DNA of 32,000 bases from Bdellovibrionales bacterium (GTDB lineage Bacteria > Bdellovibrionota > Bdellovibrionia > Bdellovibrionales > UBA1609): positions 420,001-452,000 of the forward strand of contig OY843585.1 of NCBI GenBank assembly GCA_963692945.1. The letters are read 5' to 3'. The notes under the pieces are model-generated. The model made no database searches. It was not told the origin of the DNA and saw only the letters and a program-made list of their open reading frames with translations. Position 1 is the stretch's first letter. Every line of letters starts with the position of its first letter. Made by a program: the position numbers and the translations under genes. Shown piece by piece: positions 25,144 to 32,000 of the stretch.

Positions 25144-26633
25144 TAAGAACGAGCTAACTCTACAAAGGTTCTTACCATAACTCCTGAAGCCATTTTTGGA
25201 GAGCAGTATTCTAATCTACGATTTACATTGTAGGCTGTTCCTGCAATATCAAAATGAGCCCAAGGAATACTTTCATCTACAAAGTGTTCTAAAAAAGCAG
25301 CGGCTGTTGAGCTCCCTGCTCCTCGTGTGGAAGAAAGATTGGCCACATCTGCAATGGGACTGATCATATCTTCTTTGTGTTCCTTAGTGATAGGCATTCT
25401 CCAAGTTTTTTCTCCACTGATTGTGGAAGATTTTACAATTTTTTTCACAAGATTTTCATTTTTTGTAAAGAACCCTGTGAAAATATTTCCAAGGGCCATA
25501 ACAATAGCACCTGTCAAAGTGGCAGCATCAAAAATAGCTTGAGGTTTTTGTTCACTGGCATAACTGAGTGCATCTGCCAGAATAAGTCTTCCTTCAGCGT
25601 CTGTATTTAGCACTTCCATGGTTTTATTATTACGAGCTCTCAAAATATCACCAGGTTTATTGGCAGATTGGCCAGGCATATTTTCTGAAGAAGGGATGAG
25701 TCCTAAGACATTCACCTTTAGTTTGAGTTTTTCAATAGCTAAAAGAGTTCCTATGACAGCAGCAGATCCACACATATCAAACTTCATTTCATCCATAGCA
25801 CTAGGTGGCTTTAAACTGATACCTCCTGAGTCAAAAGTGAGTCCTTTACCTACAAAACAAATTGGTTTTTTAGAGGCACTTGTTCCTTTATAGTCCATGA
25901 TAATAAAACGAGGTTCTTCAGAACTACCCAATGAAACTCCCAATAGACCACCCATTTTTTCTTTTTCTATACGTTTTTTGTCCCAAATAGTGGTTTTGAT
26001 TTTGGTATTTTTTGTTTGTTTTTCAACCTCTTTTGCCAATAGGGAAGGGGTCATCAAGTTACCAGGATAATTAGACACTTTTTTTGCAATGTTTGTACTT
26101 TCACCAAGGATAGAACCTGTTTGTAAGCCTTTTTGTCCTTTAGAGTGATTTTGTTTAGGAAGAGAAAGGTAGATATCTTTAAGTTCTACCTGTTCTTTGT
26201 TGTTGTTTTTTTCTTTGAACTCATCACATTTGTAACTTGTCAAAATAAGACCTTCTGTAAAAGCATGGGTGAGTTGTTCCCAATCTGAAGTTTGTTTCCT
26301 GTGTAAAGTTTCTAAAAGGACTTCTGTAGAAGCTTGGTTATGAGAGCGAAGGGCTTGAAAAACTTTTGCAGACACTCTACGGACTTTTTCATAATTTAAA
26401 TGTTTTTCTTCCCCTAATCCAATAAGAATAAGGTACTGGTTGTTTTTAGAGGTAGAAGAAGGAACACAAAAAGATTGCCCCCATTGACCACTAAATATCT
26501 TATCTTTAAAAAGAGGGTTTAAAATATCTTTGTAAGGTGTTAGGCTGGAGTGGAATTTTTTTATGTCTTGATTTGAGACAAAAAGAACATTAGATTTTGT
26601 TGGTTTTTGTATTTTTTTTATAGAAATGTTCAT
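25137..26633 (-). CDS. pepA: Leucyl aminopeptidase (M17 family, PepA)
   Basis: M17 signature NTDAEGRLILADAL, plus VGKGLTFDSGGISLKP and DMCGSAAV metal-ligand regions. Confidence 0.9.
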   Translation of the reverse strand: MNISIKKIQKPTKSNVLFVSNQDIKKFHSSLTPYKDILNPLFKDKIFSGQWGQSFCVPSSTSKNNQYLILIGLGEEKHLNYEKVRRVSAKVFQALRSHNQASTEVLLETLHRKQTSDWEQLTHAFTEGLILTSYKCDEFKEKNNNKEQVELKDIYLSLPKQNHSKGQKGLQTGSILGESTNIAKKVSNYPGNLMTPSLLAKEVEKQTKNTKIKTTIWDKKRIEKEKMGGLLGVSLGSSEEPRFIIMDYKGTSASKKPICFVGKGLTFDSGGISLKPPSAMDEMKFDMCGSAAVIGTLLAIEKLKLKVNVLGLIPSSENMPGQSANKPGDILRARNNKTMEVLNTDAEGRLILADALSYASEQKPQAIFDAATLTGAIVMALGNIFTGFFTKNENLVKKIVKSSTISGEKTWRMPITKEHKEDMISPIADVANLSSTRGAGSSTAAAFLEHFVDESIPWAHFDIAGTAYNVNRRLEYCSPKMASGVMVRTFVELARSYQ

Positions 26634-26757
26634 TCATTTATCCTTTTTTTTGTGACTAAGTAAGGTTGTTTGATATCAAAAAATAAGATTAGATTCAAGT
26701 CTTAAGATAAAAAACCGAAAAGTATATTAGAAAGTGGTTTAAAATAGAGGTGGTATT

Positions 26758-27363
26758 TTGGCTTTAATTCCTATTGTTATTGAACAAACTCCTAAGGGAG
26801 AAAGAAGTTACGACATCTATTCTCGTCTCTTAAAAGACCGTATTATTATGTTGGGGACAGCAATAGATGATAATGTGGCTAATAGTATCATTGCACAAAT
26901 GTTTTTTTTAGAAATGCAAGATTCTTCAAAGGATATACATCTTTATATCAATTCTCCTGGTGGAAGTGTTCATTCAGGTCTTGCTATCTATGATATTATA
27001 CAGTTTGTTCGGTGTGATGTGGCGACCTATTGTATTGGGTTAGCGGCAAGTATGGGATCTTTTTTGCTTTGTGCAGGGGTCAAAAATAAAAGATATATAT
27101 TGCCTAATGCACGAGTTATGGTACATCAACCTCATGTGGCAGGGGCAGGTATTTCTGGTCAAGTGAGTGATATTGAAATACATGCTAAAGAGATGTTATC
27201 TACAAAAGAGAGATTGACTGATATTTATGCTAAACATACGAATTTGAGTAAAGAAGAACTTACAAAAATGATGGATCGTGATCGTTATATGTCCCCTGAA
27301 GAGGCAAAAAAGTTATCTTTAGTAGATCATATTGTTGAGAACAGAAAAAAACAAAAATCTTGA
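26758..27363 (+). CDS. clpP: ATP-dependent Clp protease proteolytic subunit ClpP
   Basis: TTG start with AGAGGTGG Shine-Dalgarno. [16 protein letters not shown], catalytic Ser in [11 protein letters not shown], His in VMVHQP, Asp in DRDRYM. Confidence 0.9.
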   Translation: MALIPIVIEQTPKGERSYDIYSRLLKDRIIMLGTAIDDNVANSIIAQMFFLEMQDSSKDIHLYINSPGGSVHSGLAIYDIIQFVRCDVATYCIGLAASMGSFLLCAGVKNKRYILPNARVMVHQPHVAGAGISGQVSDIEIHAKEMLSTKERLTDIYAKHTNLSKEELTKMMDRDRYMSPEEAKKLSLVDHIVENRKKQKS

Positions 27364-27400
27364 TGTGGCAAGATAGTATTGTATAGTTGAGAGTGATTTT

Positions 27401-28693
27401 ATGACAGGTAGAGATAGTCTTTGTATATGTAGTTTTTGCGGTAAGAGCCAAAAAGAAGTTACTAAACTTATAGCTGGTCCTAAAGTGTACATTTGTAATG
27501 AATGTGTTGATCTTTGTAATGAGATTCTTAAGGAAGAAGAAAAACAAGATTCTCTTTCTTTAAATGAAAAATTTAAAGTTCCATCTCCTAAGGAAATTAA
27601 ATTAAAATTAGATGACTATGTCATTGGTCAAGAGGGAGCTAAAAAATCTCTGGCTGTTGCTGTTTATAATCATTACAAAAGAATCAGTATGAAATCTTTA
27701 TCTAAAGAAGAGGATGTAGAGATTTCAAAAAGTAATTTATTACTTATAGGCCCTACGGGTTCTGGAAAAACTTTATTAGCCCAAACCATTGCTCGTATTT
27801 TAGATGTTCCTTTTGCTATGGCTGATGCTACAGCTCTTACGGAAGCAGGTTATGTTGGTGAAGATGTTGAAAATGTTGTTTTGAGCTTGTTACAAGCGGC
27901 TGATTATGATGTTAAGAAAGCTGAAAAAGGAGTTATTTATATTGATGAAATTGATAAGATAACTCGTAAGTCTGAAAACCCTTCCATTACGAGAGATGTC
28001 AGTGGAGAAGGTGTTCAGCAAGCTCTTCTTAAAATTTTAGAAGGAACTGTGGCGAATTTACCTCCAAAAGGTGGAAGAAAACATCCTCAACAAGAGTTCA
28101 TTCAAGTGAACACATCAAATATTTTATTTATTGTAGGAGGAGCTTTTATTGGTTTAGATAAAGTTATTGAGAATCGTATTTCTAGTCGCTCTTTAGGTAT
28201 AGCTGCCAATATAGAATCACAAGAAGAAAAAAATGAGAAACAGGTGAAAGTGCTGTCTCAGTTAGAACCTTCTGACCTTATTCAATATGGATTGATTCCA
28301 GAGTTTATAGGTCGTCTTCCTGTGGTTACTATTTTAGAAAAACTAAGTGAAGAAGCACTGGTTCAAATTTTAACAGAACCAAAAAATGCTCTTATTAAAC
28401 AATATAAAAAATTATTTGAATACAATGATGTAGATTTAGGATTTACTAAAGAAGCTATAGAGTCTATTGCCCGTAGATCTTTGGTAAATAAAACAGGAGC
28501 TAGAGGCTTAAGACGTGTTTTAGAAGATAGTATGCTCGAAATTATGTATAAGGTGCCTTCTCATGAAGATATAAAAGGTTGTGTTATTACAGAAGATGTG
28601 ATTCTCAAAAAAGGAGAACCTACATTTAGTTATCACTCCAAGAAAAAAACAAAGACAACAAAATCTTCTAAATCTGAAAAAGAAAGTGCTTAG
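27401..28693 (+). CDS. clpX: ATP-dependent Clp protease ATP-binding subunit ClpX
   Basis: N-terminal zinc-binding domain [11 protein letters not shown]...YICNECV, Walker A GPTGSGKT, Walker B IYIDEIDK, and the GYVGEDVE pore loop. Confidence 0.9.
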   Translation: MTGRDSLCICSFCGKSQKEVTKLIAGPKVYICNECVDLCNEILKEEEKQDSLSLNEKFKVPSPKEIKLKLDDYVIGQEGAKKSLAVAVYNHYKRISMKSLSKEEDVEISKSNLLLIGPTGSGKTLLAQTIARILDVPFAMADATALTEAGYVGEDVENVVLSLLQAADYDVKKAEKGVIYIDEIDKITRKSENPSITRDVSGEGVQQALLKILEGTVANLPPKGGRKHPQQEFIQVNTSNILFIVGGAFIGLDKVIENRISSRSLGIAANIESQEEKNEKQVKVLSQLEPSDLIQYGLIPEFIGRLPVVTILEKLSEEALVQILTEPKNALIKQYKKLFEYNDVDLGFTKEAIESIARRSLVNKTGARGLRRVLEDSMLEIMYKVPSHEDIKGCVITEDVILKKGEPTFSYHSKKKTKTTKSSKSEKESA

Positions 28694-28719
28694 GGGCTTT
28701 TATACTTCTGGTTTCGTCT

Positions 28720-28749
28720 TTGACTTACATCTATTAAATAAAATATAAT
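28720..28749 (+). promoter_or_regulatory. Putative sigma70-type promoter immediately upstream of lon (TTGACT-18 nt-TATAAT)
   Basis: TTGACT at 28720-28725 and TATAAT at 28744-28749. Only 6 nt (aagatt) separate the -10 from the lon ATG at 28756, and no Shine-Dalgarno is present. Confidence 0.4.
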
Positions 28750-28755
28750 AAGATT

Positions 28756-31215
28756 ATGAAAAAGATTGAAAAATCTTCCATTATGAGGCTTCCTCTCTTA
28801 CCTCTTCGTGACCTTGTCATTTTCCCTCATATGATGATACCTATCTTTATTGGTAGAGAAAAAAGTATCAATGCTTTAGAAAAAACAATATCTAACAAGA
28901 CGGATATCATTTTAGCCTCCCAAAAAGAAGCGAAAGTGAATGATCCTTCACCAGATCAAATTTATAAAATTGGAACTTTAGCTTCAGTCATTCAACATTT
29001 AAGGTTGCCTGATGGAACGGTTAAAACCATTTTGGAAGGTCGTTATAGAGTTTTAATCAAAGATTATATTGAAACGGAAAAACATTTAATGGTTGATGTT
29101 GAAAAACTAGAAGAGAAGATACCTAATAATACAGAAGCGGAAGCTCTTCTTCGTACGGTTTATTCTTCCGTTGAGAATTACGTTAAACTGAATAAACAAA
29201 TTCCTTCGGAAGCCATGGCTAAAATTTCTTCTATTGAAAATTGTGGAGAACTTGCTGATGTTATTGCTTCTCAATTGAATTTAAGATTTGAAGACAAACA
29301 ACAAATATTAGAACTTGCAAATCCTCTTGAACGACTTAAAGAAGTCTTAAGGTTAATTACAAAGGAAATACAAGTTTTAAAAGTTGAGAAAAAAATACGG
29401 ACACGAGTTAAAGAACAAATGGAACGTTCTCAAAAAGAGTATTATTTAAATGAACAACTTCAAGCGATTCAAAAAGAATTGGGTGATAAAGATGATTTTC
29501 AAAAAGAAGTCAAAGATTTAGAATCAGTTGGTCAAAAGAAAAAATGGGGGACTGAAGTTAAAGAAAAGTTTACTAAAGAAATCAATAAATTGAAAATGAT
29601 GTCACCTATGAGTGCTGAAGCTACAGTTGTAAGAAACTATGTGGAGTGGTTATTAGATTTACCTTGGAAAGATTTTGTTAAGGAAAAAAACGATTTGAAC
29701 TTAGCTCAAAAAATTTTAGATGATGATCATTGGGGTTTAAAAAAAGTAAAAGAAAGAATCTTAGAGCATTTAGCCGTTCGTAAATTGACAAAAAATGCAA
29801 AAGGTCCAGTGATTTGTTTTTTAGGGCCTCCTGGAGTGGGAAAGACCTCTTTAGGGCAGTCCATTGCTCATTGTTTAAATCGTCCAATCAGTCGTATTTC
29901 TCTTGGAGGTGTCCAAGATGAAGCGGAATTACGGGGGCATCGTAGGACTTACGTAGGGGCTATGCCTGGGAAAATCATACAGGCTTTAAAAAAGGCAAAA
30001 AAAGGCAATCCCGTTATTCTTCTTGATGAAGTGGATAAAATGGGGGGAGTTAATTTTAGAGGAGACCCTTCTTCAGCCTTGTTAGAAATTTTAGATCCTG
30101 AACAAAATCATACTTTTCAAGATCATTATTTGGAAGTTGAGTATGACCTATCAAATGTTTTATTTATTTGCACAGCAAATAGTCTTCACAACTTGAAGGG
30201 ACCCTTGTTAGATCGTATGGAAGTTATTCCTATAGAGGGTTATATAGAGGAAGAAAAAATTCATATTGCAAAAAGGCATTTGATACCTCGTCAAATGAAA
30301 CGGCATGGATTAGAAAAATATAAGATAGATATACCAGACACCATTTTAAAAGAAATCATTGGTTATTATACAAAGGAAGCAGGGGTTAGACAGTTAGAAA
30401 GGGTTTTTGGAAAAATCTTTCGTAAAGTGGCTAAAAAAATTGTTACTGTTGGAAAAAATATCAAACGAAAAAAAGACTCTGCAAAAGTGCCTGATACCAT
30501 TTCTATTTTAACGAGGAAAGATTTAGAGGAGTATCTAGAGGTTAGACAGTATCGGTTTAGTCATTTAGAAGAAGATAGCCTAATTGGTTTAACAAATGGT
30601 TTAGCGTGGACAGAAGTAGGAGGAGACACTTTAATTGTAGAAAGTGTGGTTGTTCCGGGTTCTGGAAAGTATAATTTAACAGGTCAGCTTGGTGATGTTA
30701 TGAAGGAATCTTGTTCTGCTTCTTTAAGTTATGTTCGGTCTAGAAGTTTATTGTTTGGAATTAAAGATAATTTTTTTAAAGAGCATGATTTTCATATTCA
30801 TGTTCCTGAGGGGGCTATTCCTAAAGACGGCCCATCTGCTGGTGTGGCTATTATTACGAGTCTTGTTTCTTCTATTTTAAGGATACCTGTGAGAAATACA
30901 GTGGCTATGACAGGAGAAATCACTTTGAGAGGGCGAGTGTTACCTATTGGAGGGTTGAAAGAGAAAGCTTTAGCAGCTCACAGATCAAAATTAAAAAAAA
31001 TAATTATACCTAAAGATAATGAAAAAGATTTGAGAGATATACCAAAAAAGATTTTAAAAGACATTACAGTTGTTCCTGTCAATCATGTAGATCAAGTTTT
31101 AATAGAGGCTTTAGAAATCAATTCTTCGGAACAGATCTTTAAATTCAATCCAGGAACATGGACTAAAAAAGTCACTTCTCAGGTGAAATCTAGGAAAACG
31201 GCTTCCGATTCTTGA
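28756..31215 (+). CDS. lon: ATP-dependent Lon protease (LonA)
   Basis: LON N-domain LPLLPLRDLVIFPHM, Walker A GPPGVGKTS, Walker B ILLDEVDK, protease Ser in PKDGPSAG and the downstream Lys (GGLKEKALAA). Confidence 0.9.
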   Translation: MKKIEKSSIMRLPLLPLRDLVIFPHMMIPIFIGREKSINALEKTISNKTDIILASQKEAKVNDPSPDQIYKIGTLASVIQHLRLPDGTVKTILEGRYRVLIKDYIETEKHLMVDVEKLEEKIPNNTEAEALLRTVYSSVENYVKLNKQIPSEAMAKISSIENCGELADVIASQLNLRFEDKQQILELANPLERLKEVLRLITKEIQVLKVEKKIRTRVKEQMERSQKEYYLNEQLQAIQKELGDKDDFQKEVKDLESVGQKKKWGTEVKEKFTKEINKLKMMSPMSAEATVVRNYVEWLLDLPWKDFVKEKNDLNLAQKILDDDHWGLKKVKERILEHLAVRKLTKNAKGPVICFLGPPGVGKTSLGQSIAHCLNRPISRISLGGVQDEAELRGHRRTYVGAMPGKIIQALKKAKKGNPVILLDEVDKMGGVNFRGDPSSALLEILDPEQNHTFQDHYLEVEYDLSNVLFICTANSLHNLKGPLLDRMEVIPIEGYIEEEKIHIAKRHLIPRQMKRHGLEKYKIDIPDTILKEIIGYYTKEAGVRQLERVFGKIFRKVAKKIVTVGKNIKRKKDSAKVPDTISILTRKDLEEYLEVRQYRFSHLEEDSLIGLTNGLAWTEVGGDTLIVESVVVPGSGKYNLTGQLGDVMKESCSASLSYVRSRSLLFGIKDNFFKEHDFHIHVPEGAIPKDGPSAGVAIITSLVSSILRIPVRNTVAMTGEITLRGRVLPIGGLKEKALAAHRSKLKKIIIPKDNEKDLRDIPKKILKDITVVPVNHVDQVLIEALEINSSEQIFKFNPGTWTKKVTSQVKSRKTASDS

Positions 31216-31386
31216 TAAGATTTTTTAATAGTTAAAATAAAAAAAGCACTTCAATGAGCTTCTTGAATGTTCTAAAAACAACTTTATTGCCAGAGAAATT
31301 TCATTTTCTTTAGATTTTGTAAAAATAATTGACTTTTTTTCCCTAGGTTTGTAAGGTTTTTTCATATTTTTAAGGAACCTTAAATT

Positions 31387-32000
31387 ATGTCAGATTTTTT
31401 GGATATAGATTCAAAACTTAATTATAGAGACCCACCAGAGAACTACAATTTTGAGTTAGGTCATACTCTTTTTCAAACAGGGAAATTTAAAAGAAGCATT
31501 CCCTATCTAAAAAAAGCTTTAATGGAAAATCTAGATAAAAAAAATTATGAAGATTATCTTTTTTGTCATGGATTGTTGCTTCATATTTTTACAGAATTTT
31601 CTGAGGTGGAAGAGCTCAAAAAGTTACAACAAGATTTTGAAAGAAACAGTCAAGAATTTTCTATCACTCGGAACATAAGATTATTAACCACTCAGGCTTA
31701 TTATTTTATGAATATTGATATTTGTACGGAAGATAAAAACGAGGAAAACAATAAGAAAGCTTTTGAAATTTTAACTGAGGCTTTAAAGTCAGCACTTGAT
31801 TCTTATTCTATGTATTCCAAAGGTCAAGACCCTGTAAAAGATATTGAAGCGAAAATAGATCTTATGAATTGTCTCTATATGTTTATCTTTTATTATTTTC
31901 GTAACCAAGAGTATGAAAAATGTATTAAAGATTTAGACAATTTAAAAATTCTTTTGAATTACTATTTTAATCTTAAGGAGGAGCTTCAATTAAGCAAGTC
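31387..32000 (+). CDS. Hypothetical TPR-like protein, 3'-truncated by the window edge (first 204 codons)
   Basis: Absent from the ORF track. ATG 31387 opens a frame that stays open to position 32000 (MSDFLDIDSKLNYRDPPENYNFELGHTLFQTGKFKRSIPYLKKALMENL...). It looks helical-repeat/TPR-like. No catalytic motif is visible in the available part. Confidence 0.5.
   Translation, partial: MSDFLDIDSKLNYRDPPENYNFELGHTLFQTGKFKRSIPYLKKALMENLDKKNYEDYLFCHGLLLHIFTEFSEVEELKKLQQDFERNSQEFSITRNIRLLTTQAYYFMNIDICTEDKNEENNKKAFEILTEALKSALDSYSMYSKGQDPVKDIEAKIDLMNCLYMFIFYYFRNQEYEKCIKDLDNLKILLNYYFNLKEELQLSK

Noticed and set aside
25327-25893. Three plus-strand ORFs (25327-25542, 25377-25610, 25618-25893) antisense to pepA. 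Similar antisense ORFs are 8353-8604 (in ribD), 11640-11837 (in exbD/exbB), 21165-21347 (in tig) and 29678-29887 (in lon).
   Set aside because: They lie antisense to genes with unmistakable family motifs. Their products show no recognisable features, and such shadow ORFs are expected opposite long coding regions.
26634-26757. Searched upstream of clpP (and of lon) for sigma32-type heat-shock promoters (CTTGAA-N13-15-CCCCATNT) or CIRCE elements
   Set aside because: No convincing match. Only a 12-nt AT-rich palindrome (tttgatatcaaa, 26669-26680) is present, which is too short and too AT-rich to interpret.
27260-27547. 95-aa minus-strand ORF spanning the clpP-clpX junction
   Set aside because: It is antisense to the conserved ends of both clpP and clpX. 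The translation is Phe/Thr/Lys-rich and low in complexity.
1-32000. Alternative genetic code (TGA = Trp), considered because of the low G+C content
   Set aside because: Several well-supported genes (the nuclease, ribD, the receiver protein, tig) terminate at TGA at positions consistent with family lengths, and Trp is encoded by TGG throughout.
1-32000. Scan for tRNA/rRNA/tmRNA genes, transposases, integrases, phage genes, toxin-antitoxin pairs or known defence genes
   Set aside because: No T-loop-like GGTTCGAATCC-type sequence or rRNA-like stretch was noticed in the few intergenic gaps. All sizeable ORFs are accounted for by housekeeping or envelope functions. This was a by-eye scan only and should be confirmed with tRNAscan-SE, Infernal and defence-system HMMs.

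Overview
AT-rich (about one-third G+C by eye), densely packed bacterial chromosomal window. I call 29 CDS. Two are truncated by the window edges and are missing from the ORF track (1..1273 minus strand, 31387..32000 plus strand). Nearly everything is housekeeping.

Gene content, in order:
- A divergent pair of secreted proteins: an unknown protein and a beta-beta-alpha-Me non-specific nuclease.
- A leucine-catabolism (liu/MCC) cluster: carboxyltransferase, methylglutaconyl-CoA hydratase-like enoyl-CoA hydratase, biotin carboxylase, a separate biotin-carrier ORF, and HMG-CoA lyase.
- ribD.
- A large receiver-domain protein.
- A minus-strand ExbB/TolQ-ExbD/TolR-TonB/TolA-type cluster preceded by a membrane-anchored unknown.
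- An Rrf2-type regulator followed by sufB-sufC-sufD-sufS-nfu.
- An S41 C-terminal processing peptidase.
- Trigger factor (minus strand).
- A four-gene block: TPR lipoprotein, T. ferrooxidans-type glutamate-cysteine ligase, a membrane unknown, and M17 leucyl aminopeptidase.
- clpP-clpX-lon, then a truncated TPR-like ORF.

I see no rRNA, tRNA, CRISPR array, transposase, integrase, phage genes or recognisable defence or toxin-antitoxin module. TGA is used as a stop, so the standard code applies. I do not think a clear novel multi-gene system is supported here.

The observations most worth a second look are:
- A 36-nt in-frame triplication spanning the tig stop codon.
- A perfect 31-nt palindrome overlapping a near-consensus promoter in front of the Rrf2/suf operon.
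- A receiver / PATAN-like / degenerate J-like (HSD instead of HPD) / TPR multidomain protein.
- An MCC alpha subunit split by a single in-frame TAA.
- A secreted protein with a clan-CD-like His...Cys dyad.
- A possibly leaderless lon.

All product calls rest on motif recognition by eye, not on database searches. A Bdellovibrionota/Oligoflexia-like origin is only a weak guess from gene content and base composition.
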